Positions 29,092 to 37,567 of a stretch of 64,000 bases of DNA are shown here, piece by piece. The DNA is from a virus: IMG/VR virus record IMGVR_UViG_3300009130_000002; one strand, 5' to 3'. Position 1 is the stretch's first letter, and each line of letters opens with the position of its first letter. Under the pieces are notes generated by a model. The model was not told the origin of the DNA and searched no databases. It saw only the letters and a program-made list of their open reading frames with translations. The position numbers and the translations under genes were made by a program.

Positions 29092-29262
29092 CTATTCTTT
29101 ATCAAGTTCTATTAGCATGTCTTCTGTGACTACTTCGTCTTCTTCCCTATCAATAAGATTGGTAAGCCTACGTTGTGCTTCTGCTAATACCTCATCGTTA
29201 ATGTCTCCGTAGTGACCCATATCTTCACTAACTTCCATGATGAAGTCTTTCATTCTTCCCAT
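29092..29262 (-). CDS. Small acidic protein (56 aa, not in ORF track)
   Basis: MGRMKDFIMEVSEDMGHYGD...; fills the gap exactly; GAGGAG upstream. Confidence 0.6.
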   Translation of the reverse strand: MGRMKDFIMEVSEDMGHYGDINDEVLAEAQRRLTNLIDREEDEVVTEDMLIELDKE

Positions 29263-29440
29263 CTTCTTGCTCCTCGTCTAAGTAATATCTATATGCATCT
29301 GCATAAACGGTATTGATTTTAGGATATGCACCACCGCTTACAGCAATTGCTCCACAAGTACACATCTCATAATGATCTTCATTTTTTCCCCTAGGGGTCG
29401 CTAAACATTCTTTACATTGAAATAGATAGTCATTTAACAT
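29228..29440 (-). CDS. Small Zn-binding protein, paralogue of the adjacent gene
   Basis: CKEC-x13-CTCGAIAVSGG. Confidence 0.6.
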   Translation of the reverse strand: MLNDYLFQCKECLATPRGKNEDHYEMCTCGAIAVSGGAYPKINTVYADAYRYYLDEEQEDGKNERLHHGS

Positions 29441-29630
29441 TTGTGTTATCCTCCACGTATTCATAACGAGCTTCATCGTGGTAGGATATCTTTGTGTAGT
29501 CACCACCGCCATCAATTGCAATCATTTTGCATTTGCACCATTTGAAATCATGTCTATACATGCTTTGGATAATATCCTCGCATGTCATACATTTAATTTT
29601 AGGTCCGGGATTGTGGTTGTAACCGTACAA
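29430..29630 (-). CDS. Small Zn-binding protein
   Basis: CMTC..II.S..RHDF..CKC..IAIDGG. Confidence 0.7.
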   Translation of the reverse strand: MYGYNHNPGPKIKCMTCEDIIQSMYRHDFKWCKCKMIAIDGGGDYTKISYHDEARYEYVEDNTNVK

Positions 29631-29633
29631 AAT

Positions 29634-29945
29634 TTACTCCATGTCATCAATGATAGCTTCAAATCTAGTCTTTGGAACCGGATTGAATTCAAACATTTGT
29701 TTGGTTGCTTTGTCAATAGGAACGGTTACTTTTGCATATAATCTGTAGAGAATTGTATCTTGATCTAAGATTTCTTTGATAAGACTACTAAATTTATATG
29801 CGGCGGGGTATGCAAGGAGCACTCTTCTTCTTAAAAGAGTTTCAATTTCTTCTAGATCTACTTCTTGTTCTAATTCGCAATGCTCTTCTGCCAATACTTG
29901 TATATCTATAGTACTAGAACGTAATTTCTTTACGTGAGAAGTCAT
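29634..29945 (-). CDS. Hypothetical protein
   Basis: Co-oriented ORF. Confidence 0.6.
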   Translation of the reverse strand: MTSHVKKLRSSTIDIQVLAEEHCELEQEVDLEEIETLLRRRVLLAYPAAYKFSSLIKEILDQDTILYRLYAKVTVPIDKATKQMFEFNPVPKTRFEAIIDDME

Positions 29946-29960
29946 ACAAAAAGTATAGCT

Positions 29961-30236
29961 TTAAATATGTGAATTGTCTAAGTCATATCCAAGCTTTGCT
30001 TTTAATTCATCAATTTTTTCAGCAAGTTCAACTCCACGACCGCCTGCATGCTTAAAAGCTATCTCGGCTTCTTTCAATTCATTTTCAAGAAGTTCCCTTG
30101 ACATCTGACGTTGAATTTTTCTTAACACTTGTTTTGCATGCTTTTCACTCATCTTTGTGGAGATCTCTCCGTAATTTCTAAGGGCTTCTCTTGAAGTAAG
30201 AACGCCCTTAGCCATATCTATACAAACCATACACAT
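29961..30236 (-). CDS. Hypothetical protein
   Basis: Start moved to MCMVC just after the upstream stop. Confidence 0.6.
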   Translation of the reverse strand: MCMVCIDMAKGVLTSREALRNYGEISTKMSEKHAKQVLRKIQRQMSRELLENELKEAEIAFKHAGGRGVELAEKIDELKAKLGYDLDNSHI

Positions 30237-30237
30237 A

Positions 30238-30714
30238 TTAAAACCCAAAGAACTTAGCCACCTTACGTCCAAAGGTAACTTTTTGTTTCTTTCCAACAGG
30301 TTTCTCTTCTACTGCGGCCTGGATTGTGATCTGTTCTGTAAGATTCATGTCTTTTGGAGTCACTTCTTCTTCTACAATAGGATTTAGAATTGGAAGAGCT
30401 TCTTTTTTTACTGGCTTGGCTTTAACAGGAAGCGTTCCATTTTCTTTCATCATCCAGTAGCGAAATCCTTCTGCGATTTCATCTTCTTTTTCTGATGGTT
30501 GAGTAGTTAATACAGAGCGATAAACACTAAGCTCTGGGTTTGTTTTCATTAACTCTCTTGCTTTAATTTTCCTAGTCTTTTGATCATGTCCTTCAGAAGA
30601 TCCCCAAATATCTAAGATAGATTCGTACTCTTCGTTTAGTTTTTTTAATTGAAGGTACCGATCCTTTTTAATTTTTCTTCTAGGAATATAAACTTGTTCT
30701 TCATTGTTTGACAT
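30238..30714 (-). CDS. Hypothetical protein
   Basis: ORF with GAGGA SD. Confidence 0.65.
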   Translation of the reverse strand: MSNNEEQVYIPRRKIKKDRYLQLKKLNEEYESILDIWGSSEGHDQKTRKIKARELMKTNPELSVYRSVLTTQPSEKEDEIAEGFRYWMMKENGTLPVKAKPVKKEALPILNPIVEEEVTPKDMNLTEQITIQAAVEEKPVGKKQKVTFGRKVAKFFGF

Positions 30715-30782
30715 TTATATAGTTTTCCTCGTTTTTAATTTTGATTTTTCGCCTGAAAAAATAATTTCCAATTTTGCCCCTA

Positions 30783-31013
30783 TTAAGGAACTTCTTTCAT
30801 CATCTCAACAGACAGCATAACCGTTGCTCCTACCTTGATAGCTTTTCTTGAATCAGAATTGTTTTTATTGTCATCAAGTTCTAGCCATTTTTGTGCATTG
30901 ATAGTTCCCAGATTTATATTTGCACTTGGGTCATTCCTAAGAATGACCGCTTTAACTGCCTCTAGTAACTCCTCATAGGTAATTTCATATGTATGGGTGG
31001 TGTACTTATTCAT
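30783..31013 (-). CDS. Hypothetical protein
   Basis: Co-oriented ORF. Confidence 0.6.
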   Translation of the reverse strand: MNKYTTHTYEITYEELLEAVKAVILRNDPSANINLGTINAQKWLELDDNKNNSDSRKAIKVGATVMLSVEMMKEVP

Positions 31014-31233
31014 TTGATTCTCTTGGTTCGAAATTAGATTCTAGTGAGAACAGGATGTCCTCTGCATGTGCGAGTTGTTCTGCAAAGCCTGCAACGGTTT
31101 CTAGCATATCAGGGTGATCTGCTACACCTACAGGAGCCTTCATAAACACCTGCATATTTGCAATTGCTTCTAATTTCTTTGCTTCATAGCGAGCTTTCAA
31201 TGCTTGATACATCGGATTGTTCAATAAATTCAT
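31006..31233 (-). CDS. Conserved phage hypothetical protein
   Basis: AL...Y.A....A.AN..V.....VGVADHPD motif familiar from large phages. Confidence 0.65.
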   Translation of the reverse strand: MNLLNNPMYQALKARYEAKKLEAIANMQVFMKAPVGVADHPDMLETVAGFAEQLAHAEDILFSLESNFEPRESNE

Positions 31234-32251
31234 CAGTTTCTCCTTCTAAAGGGAGTGGAACCCCTTGTAAGATTTGTTCAATCTCTTTATACACATTAGG
31301 GTTTTCTTGTAAATAGGTAGAGGTTTTTCCTTTACCTTGACCAATATTGTCCCCTTTATATGAAAACCAAGCACCTGCTTTTTTGATAATGCCTTCGCTT
31401 GCAGCAGAATCAATAAGATCTGCACATTTATCAATCCCTATACCATATTGAATAGTAAACATGGCATCTCTAAATGGCGCAGCTACCTTATTCTTTACAA
31501 TTCTAGCTCTAGTTACATTGCCAACAAACTCAACGTCTTTGCCTGTACCTTCTTTGAGCTTTTCTACTCTTCGGACATCAACACGTTGACTAGCATAGTA
31601 TTTAAGAGATTCTCCTCCAGATGTGGTCTCTGGATTGCCAAACATAACACCAATCTTCATTCTCAATTGATTAATAAAGATAACTGTGGTCTCATTTGCA
31701 TGACTGGTTGGAGCAAGCAAACGCATTGCTTGACTCATTAGGCGAGACTGTCTTCCGACATGATTGTCTCCAATATCGCCATCTACTTCTGCCTTGGGAG
31801 TTAAAGCCGCTACAGAATCTATAACAACTAAGTCTAAAGACCCTGTCTTAATTAATTCTTGTGCTACCTGAAGTGCTTCTTCTCCATGGTTTGGTTGAGA
31901 AAAGATTAGGGCATCTATATCAATTCCAATTGCTTCTGCATAAATAGGATCAAAAGCATGTTCCATATCGATAAAGGCTGCAAAGCCTCCTTCTTTTTGT
32001 ACCTCTGCGATAGCATGCAAGGCAAGTGTTGTTTTACCGCTAGACTCGGGACCATAAATTTCAACGATCCGTCCTTTAGCCCAGCCACCTCCAAGAGCCT
32101 TGTTTAAGCTGTAGCACCCTGAAGATAGCTTCTCAATCTTAGGGATATCATTGTCTCCAAAAATAACAGAACCTACACCAATGGTATTGTTGATATTTTT
32201 GATAGCAATTTTAAGTGCCTCTTCTTTTCCTACGGGTGCTTTCTTAGCCAT
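31184..32251 (-). CDS. recA: RecA recombinase
   Basis: GRIVEIYGPESSGKTT, VVIDSVAAL, FINQLRMKIGVMFGNPETT.GG, KNKVAAPF. Confidence 0.97.
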   Translation of the reverse strand: MAKKAPVGKEEALKIAIKNINNTIGVGSVIFGDNDIPKIEKLSSGCYSLNKALGGGWAKGRIVEIYGPESSGKTTLALHAIAEVQKEGGFAAFIDMEHAFDPIYAEAIGIDIDALIFSQPNHGEEALQVAQELIKTGSLDLVVIDSVAALTPKAEVDGDIGDNHVGRQSRLMSQAMRLLAPTSHANETTVIFINQLRMKIGVMFGNPETTSGGESLKYYASQRVDVRRVEKLKEGTGKDVEFVGNVTRARIVKNKVAAPFRDAMFTIQYGIGIDKCADLIDSAASEGIIKKAGAWFSYKGDNIGQGKGKTSTYLQENPNVYKEIEQILQGVPLPLEGETDEFIEQSDVSSIESSL

Positions 32252-32591
32252 TGTTTTTTCTTTCTACTTGTGCAAAACGTTGCCGTATTTTTCTTCTTAA
32301 CCATTCTATATCTATATCAACTAATTCTAATAGTTGAGAAGGGGAAACAATTTGATACCCCCACTTTATATAGTAAGTATCGCTAAATATAAAATCTTTT
32401 GCTGTTTCCCAAGTGTATTGCAAACTTGCAGTTTTGCTATTGTAAAGTGATAAGTAATCTCTTGAAGCTTGTTCAACTATTTTTAAAATAATAAGTCTAC
32501 ACTCTTCAATATTCGGAGTGTAATCTGATAGATAAAATTCTATCCCTTTATATTCATAAGTTTTATCATATCTATCTTTTAAGGGGGGCAC
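32244..32591 (-). CDS. Hypothetical protein
   Basis: GTG start with SD. Confidence 0.6.
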   Translation of the reverse strand: MPPLKDRYDKTYEYKGIEFYLSDYTPNIEECRLIILKIVEQASRDYLSLYNSKTASLQYTWETAKDFIFSDTYYIKWGYQIVSPSQLLELVDIDIEWLRRKIRQRFAQVERKNNG

Positions 32592-32592
32592 C

Positions 32593-32615
32593 CCTCGTTC
32601 CTTTTGAGAACGAGG
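32593..32615 (-). promoter_or_regulatory. 8-bp hairpin overlapping the ribosome-binding site of 32244-32591
   Basis: CCTCGTTC/GAACGAGG perfect stem, 7-nt loop, ending 1 nt before GTG. Confidence 0.45.
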
Positions 32616-32625
32616 AGCTATAGTT

Positions 32626-33084
32626 TTACTCTGCTGCTACAGATTCTTCTGTCTGAGTTTCCTCTGACATAACAACATCTTCTGTAGTTCCTGCTAAGCC
32701 ATCTAACCTTTGTGCAATTGCAGCAACAGCTCGACCTACCTCATGGAGGAGTCGATCACCAGACATTTGCTGATCGTCATAGACTCGATTGACTTTACGA
32801 CTAGCGTGTTGGTGAATACCTAGTAACTCTACTAGGCCTTTGTTTTGCCCAAAGAGTTCGAATACGAATCGGTCTTCTTGTGTTAGACCTACGACGTAGC
32901 CGATCTTCAGATCTTCTAGAGCGACAGAGGTCGCGTTTCCTCCTTCGGAAGTAACACCTTCTGCTGCTACTTCTACTGCTTCTGCAGCTGCTTCTACTGT
33001 CTGTGTGACAGTGTCTGTTTTGGTTGATGACTTTTTTGTACGTTTACTTTTCTTAGTAGTTGACATGATTTTTCCTTTGTCCAT
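32626..33084 (-). CDS. Hypothetical protein (basic N-terminus, acidic C-terminus)
   Basis: Co-oriented ORF. Confidence 0.65.
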   Translation of the reverse strand: MDKGKIMSTTKKSKRTKKSSTKTDTVTQTVEAAAEAVEVAAEGVTSEGGNATSVALEDLKIGYVVGLTQEDRFVFELFGQNKGLVELLGIHQHASRKVNRVYDDQQMSGDRLLHEVGRAVAAIAQRLDGLAGTTEDVVMSEETQTEESVAAE

Positions 33085-33107
33085 TAATTCATAATGAATG
33101 TATTGGG

Positions 33108-33683
33108 TTATAACATTTTTCTTGTAATATTATCAAGAAATTTCTCATTATTGAGAGATTTTAATTCTGTTGCGATATTCATGCTAGCATTTTCAATTAA
33201 TTTTCTGCAAGTAGAAAGATGATCTAGTATGTCTTTCCAGAATTTGCTCTCAATATCAGCAATAGTTTGAGCAGAGTCAAGGTCTTCATTATCAACTCTT
33301 GCCATTGTTTCTAGTGTTGCTGCTGCTGGTAGTTTCTTTTTCTCGCTTTTATATTGCTGAACAATAGTCCAGAACTTGTCATTGTATGCTGCAGTAGTTC
33401 CACGTTTAATAATTTGTGCTTTTGCAGTTGCAATTGCCTGGAAGAATGCAGCTTCTTGATTGAGTTGTATTAGACGCATAGATAATTCTTTGCATAAACT
33501 AGGTGTTAAATTATCTGTAGGAATTCTAATCTTAAAGTGTTTTTCCCAGTGATCCATTGGCTCACCGTTAATTAATAACTGTTTTTTCATATTATCTGCA
33601 AAAATTTGATGAACTTGTTTTCCTGTCATCAATTTATTCAATAAAATTTGAGCTTTTTCTTGTGGATTTTCTTCTGTTGACAT
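33108..33683 (-). CDS. Hypothetical helical protein
   Basis: TAATG coupling; helical composition. Confidence 0.65.
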   Translation of the reverse strand: MSTEENPQEKAQILLNKLMTGKQVHQIFADNMKKQLLINGEPMDHWEKHFKIRIPTDNLTPSLCKELSMRLIQLNQEAAFFQAIATAKAQIIKRGTTAAYNDKFWTIVQQYKSEKKKLPAAATLETMARVDNEDLDSAQTIADIESKFWKDILDHLSTCRKLIENASMNIATELKSLNNEKFLDNITRKML

Positions 33684-34144
33684 TAAATTTCCTTTAAAAT
33701 TTCTTCGTACCTGTCTTCTGTAGCTTCTTGTCTTTTATTCCTTAAATTATCTAAATCTTTTAGGACTAAGCTATTTGGACCGCTAAAGCTAATGCTTCTA
33801 CATAGAGATATTTCAAATGGGTTATCCCACCAGTATCCTTCTAATTCTACATCAGAATGGTCTTCTCCAATTCTTATAAAGTAGAAATCAGAAGCAGGAT
33901 CATCTCCAGGTAGATTTTCTATAAAATTCATAACAGATTGAATGGATTCATAAGAGTCATACCATTTAATACTTGGCCAATGGAAGAAGATTCCATTTTC
34001 ATCTTGAGGATCTTCAAATTCTGTAGAAATTTCACACCAATTATCAAATAGTTCTTTGGCAGGACTATTAAAAACAACCACTTCTAGGAATTTTTTTAGA
34101 TGTTTTGCTTTTAAAGCAAGAAGTACTTCACTTCGGTAACCCAT
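33683..34144 (-). CDS. Conserved phage hypothetical protein
   Basis: MGYRSEV, KWY..Y, FIRIGED..D.E motifs. Confidence 0.7.
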   Translation of the reverse strand: MGYRSEVLLALKAKHLKKFLEVVVFNSPAKELFDNWCEISTEFEDPQDENGIFFHWPSIKWYDSYESIQSVMNFIENLPGDDPASDFYFIRIGEDHSDVELEGYWWDNPFEISLCRSISFSGPNSLVLKDLDNLRNKRQEATEDRYEEILKEI

Positions 34145-34265
34145 CTGGTTTTTCCTTTTTTTGTTTTTCTCTTTCTACTTGCTGCTTTACCTTTAAGAGT
34201 TCAAATTCATAAAGGGCTTTCCATCCTGTTTCCGTAGTCGGTCTCCAATTGTCTAGTTTACTCAT
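34128..34265 (-). CDS. Small protein (45 aa, not in ORF track)
   Basis: MSKLDNWRPTTETGWKALYEFELL...; start overlaps the upstream gene end; fills the gap. Confidence 0.55.
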   Translation of the reverse strand: MSKLDNWRPTTETGWKALYEFELLKVKQQVEREKQKKEKPDGLPK

Positions 34266-34530
34266 CGATAATTTCTTTCTTATCAAAAACTGGAAGCTCA
34301 TCTAAGAATTTAGTTGTTGGATCACTAACGACTGAATGCCAAGTCATTAATTCTATTTCAGAATTAGGTTGTAACAAGCCTTGATCTTCTGCATGATCTA
34401 CAATGTTCAGGACTGCATCTTGCATTGAATGAATTGCATCTTTGTTGTCAGAATTAGATTCAATAATGTTATTTGGATCTATATAATAAACATCAACAAG
34501 TAATTGAACTTTATAAATTTTATCAGTCAT
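34258..34530 (-). CDS. Hypothetical protein
   Basis: ATGA coupling to the radical SAM gene. Confidence 0.6.
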   Translation of the reverse strand: MTDKIYKVQLLVDVYYIDPNNIIESNSDNKDAIHSMQDAVLNIVDHAEDQGLLQPNSEIELMTWHSVVSDPTTKFLDELPVFDKKEIIDE

Positions 34531-35642
34531 AATATTTCCTTAAGAATGTCTCTAGTAATTTGTTCCGCTCTGCTTAAACGCAAAGAATCCAGGGTATCTT
34601 TTGATTTATCATAATCATCAACAAGATGACAAGGAGCATCTTCAAAATCATAACGATTTCTAGAATCCCTAATGTTTTGAATGATTGCTCCAGTTGTTAA
34701 TCCAGGATGCTTGGCAATAGAAGAGTCACCATATGCACAACCAGTTACTGACCCATTAGGCCAGATTTGAAATCTAGAAATCCCAGAGGAACATCCATAG
34801 CCAGTTCGTTTAAATTTTTCTACATCTTTTAAGCAGCCATCAACATTAATTTTAGATTTGATACGAGCAGGTAATTCCTCAAACATCTCTTCTATATAAA
34901 ATCTATCATTTGCCATATTGTTTTGGCTTTTAATTAAAGTATTGTTATCTCTTGCTTTTCCTACAGGATCCTTGTAGATTACGAGATAGATATGATCAAC
35001 GATATCTCCAATGTCTATAAGATGTTGGACATGACGAGAGATAGTTCTTTTGGTTACATTTCTAGGAATAAGATAGTTATAATTAACTGGAGTTTCTTTT
35101 CTGATTTCTTTAAGAAGATTTCTTGTGATGCTATTGTTAGTTAATTGACTAAAGTTGATCATATCAAGAAGATGACCTGGAAAAGACAAGCTCTTCCAGG
35201 TATCTTCAGTATTAAAAGACTCCCGATACCAATTGCTATTGCGTTTGGCACTATCAACATAAGAGAGATAGGTATTAATTGTATGGAAAGTCATATGCAT
35301 TTTTGGCATAACAACGTTTTTAAACTTAGCCTTATAGATCAGGTTAAAAACTTGATCATATAATGTTAACATATGGTTTCTATATCTTCTTTCAGTAGGG
35401 AGATCGTCCATGGCTATGGTAATTTCATTAGCCCAGGCAAGTTCACCCTCACAGAACGTTTTAATTACGCCAAATTGTTCTGTGAGTGGTGTTACAAGAT
35501 CTTTTAAGTGCTCTTCTCCAGTTGCACTTCTTTCTTTTACGTAACACCCTTTACATTTCCTTGCACACCATGGTGTGGGTTGTAGGAATAGTGTATGAAC
35601 TTCTACTCTAGAAGAAAGTTTGTTGATAATCGGGAGTCTCAT
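34527..35642 (-). CDS. Radical SAM protein with SPASM/twitch-like C-terminus
   Basis: CARKCKGC (CxxxCxxC); GCSSGISRFQIWPNGSVTGC. Confidence 0.8.
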   Translation of the reverse strand: MRLPIINKLSSRVEVHTLFLQPTPWCARKCKGCYVKERSATGEEHLKDLVTPLTEQFGVIKTFCEGELAWANEITIAMDDLPTERRYRNHMLTLYDQVFNLIYKAKFKNVVMPKMHMTFHTINTYLSYVDSAKRNSNWYRESFNTEDTWKSLSFPGHLLDMINFSQLTNNSITRNLLKEIRKETPVNYNYLIPRNVTKRTISRHVQHLIDIGDIVDHIYLVIYKDPVGKARDNNTLIKSQNNMANDRFYIEEMFEELPARIKSKINVDGCLKDVEKFKRTGYGCSSGISRFQIWPNGSVTGCAYGDSSIAKHPGLTTGAIIQNIRDSRNRYDFEDAPCHLVDDYDKSKDTLDSLRLSRAEQITRDILKEIL

Positions 35643-35654
35643 TTTATCATCTCT

Positions 35655-36602
35655 CTAAATTAAATTATGCCACCTTGAATCCTTAACTTGAATTGGAACA
35701 TCTTCAGAACTGTTAAATGGATCTTCAGGTATAATGACAGCATCTTTTATGATCATTGCAACTGCTACATTCCATTTTCTATTAGCTCTTTGAACATTAA
35801 AATGAAGCTCAGGCTTTATGGTTGCTTTCATTTGTTCAACAGAAAAGACTGCAGTTTTAAAATCAGTAAAGACATCTGTATCTCTTACTCTATAGCTTGG
35901 TGATACAAGATAAGCTCCAGGAAAACCTAAGCCATCTCCGTCCCCAAAGCTGTTTAAGTAAGCTAAGTGCTGTGGGGACCCCATTATAAAAATATTTTTA
36001 CCAGGAAATGTTCTTCTAATTTTTTCTACCTTTTCTTTTATTTGTCCAAAATTTAATTTTTGGACATAATTAAATTGTTCAAGGTAAGAAATAAATCTAG
36101 TTTTTTCATACTGATAGTATTGACCAACAGCATTCTTGATACAGTAACTAATATCAGATAAGTTTTTGCATTTTTTTATTTCAAAAACTTTATGATAAAT
36201 TTTAGAAGAGTGTCCGGTTTGTAATTCTTTTATAATATTCTCTGGATGATTAAGTTCTAGAGGATGCAATGTATTATTTGTTGTTCGTTCTTCTTCTAAT
36301 TTATCTAGATAAGTTGAATCATTTACTGGAGGTAAATCAACAGAGCTAAGCTCAATGGAAGTTGGGACCTCTTTGAAGCCTTTAAAGATAGATGTTTTTG
36401 CTCCATCCTGACCTAAGTAAGGAAAGTTAGGAATGGTATCATATCTTTGAATAGTATAGTCATGCTTAGGAATATATTTAAAAATATTTTCTTCAAGGTT
36501 TATATTTTCTATGTTAAAGCATGAAAGATACAGTTCTAATTCTGTTTCTGTTGGTAAAAGGTTTGGTTTAAAGTTTGTTCTAGTTGGTTCAGTTAATCTC
36601 AT
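35655..36602 (-). CDS. Hypothetical protein
   Basis: 315-aa co-oriented ORF. Confidence 0.7.
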   Translation of the reverse strand: MRLTEPTRTNFKPNLLPTETELELYLSCFNIENINLEENIFKYIPKHDYTIQRYDTIPNFPYLGQDGAKTSIFKGFKEVPTSIELSSVDLPPVNDSTYLDKLEEERTTNNTLHPLELNHPENIIKELQTGHSSKIYHKVFEIKKCKNLSDISYCIKNAVGQYYQYEKTRFISYLEQFNYVQKLNFGQIKEKVEKIRRTFPGKNIFIMGSPQHLAYLNSFGDGDGLGFPGAYLVSPSYRVRDTDVFTDFKTAVFSVEQMKATIKPELHFNVQRANRKWNVAVAMIIKDAVIIPEDPFNSSEDVPIQVKDSRWHNLI

Positions 36603-36621
36603 ATTTTTACCAAAAGCTTAG

Positions 36622-36647
36622 GCCCCCCGCTAAATCTTGCGGGGGGC
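36622..36647 (-). terminator. GC-rich hairpin, probable intrinsic terminator
   Basis: GCCCCCCGC/GCGGGGGGC 9-bp stem, 8-nt loop, just after the stop at 36655; only a weak U-run follows. Confidence 0.6.
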
Positions 36648-36654
36648 AGATAAA

Positions 36655-36933
36655 TTAATTAGATGAATAAACCATATCTTTTACGGTCTCAATTGCATTT
36701 CGGAAATCTCTAATATTTCCCTCAAGTTTACCGTTAATATAATTCATCACTACCCCTTGAACTTCAGGGGTTTTATCAAAGTGAAAGCGCTTTACCTTAC
36801 CTTGATGTCCTTCTTTAGTTACTTCTGTTACTTGAAATTCCTGAGAAATAAGCACTGCAGTTGTATAAAAATCTGTCGTGCTATATCCATTTTCAGTATT
36901 ATCGAGTACGAGATCTTGAATTTCTTTTCCCAT
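36655..36933 (-). CDS. Hypothetical protein (DUF5659-like)
   Basis: T.D.Y.TA.L......K.F.F......Y..G.L.....F..A pattern. Confidence 0.6.
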   Translation of the reverse strand: MGKEIQDLVLDNTENGYSTTDFYTTAVLISQEFQVTEVTKEGHQGKVKRFHFDKTPEVQGVVMNYINGKLEGNIRDFRNAIETVKDMVYSSN

Positions 36934-37133
36934 TACTCATCTCCTTCCATGTTATTAATATAATCTGGCAATTCTTCTGGAACACAGTATTCTTCAGTGA
37001 ACTGTGTTTCCACTTCGTCGTTATCAGCTACCAGGGCTTTTGTGATATCTGTACACTTTGTTCCCATAACACCTTCTACTTCATAGGTTACTTCTTGTGT
37101 TTCGGGATTAATTTTTACAATTACTTTTGACAT
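36933..37133 (-). CDS. DUF2997 family protein
   Basis: IVKI......V..EVEGV.G.KC..IT.AL. Confidence 0.75.
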   Translation of the reverse strand: MSKVIVKINPETQEVTYEVEGVMGTKCTDITKALVADNDEVETQFTEEYCVPEELPDYINNMEGDE

Positions 37134-37151
37134 TGAATCTTCCTTTTAATC

Positions 37152-37550
37152 TCATGAATAACGTTCGAAGTTGATAGTAATTAAACCATCTTCTCCAATT
37201 TTTGCTTCTTCATTATCAGTACAGAAAAAGTTCTGTTCTTCTAGATTTGTAAATGCTTCTTCAACAGCATAAGCAGTGGAAAGATCCTTTACAAATTTTT
37301 CATTACGACCATAATAGCCTTTGAGTTTTCTGTCACCTGAGTGCCAAAAATCTCCAACCATAGCATAGGTTCCGTCTTTTTGACGAGCCAAGCCAACGGC
37401 ATCATCAATTTTCAATTGAGCTGCCTCTGTTGTTCCATATTGAGTGATTGTAAAGTCACCCTCTTGAGCTTCAAAGCCCATTCTTTTTAGTGCTTTTTTA
37501 ATAACTGATTGGTTATTTAATTTTGTTTTAACTGTAGTCCAATGACTCAT
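37152..37550 (-). CDS. DUF1257 (Ycf35-like) family protein
   Basis: MSHWTTVKTKL......KAL..MGF, G.....DG.Y..V.DFW, Q/AYA. Confidence 0.8.
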   Translation of the reverse strand: MSHWTTVKTKLNNQSVIKKALKRMGFEAQEGDFTITQYGTTEAAQLKIDDAVGLARQKDGTYAMVGDFWHSGDRKLKGYYGRNEKFVKDLSTAYAVEEAFTNLEEQNFFCTDNEEAKIGEDGLITINFERYS

Positions 37551-37567
37551 ATCATCCATCCTTTACT

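Noticed and set aside
18764-32251. Inteins in nrdJ or recA
   Set aside because: Both have normal lengths and continuous motifs.
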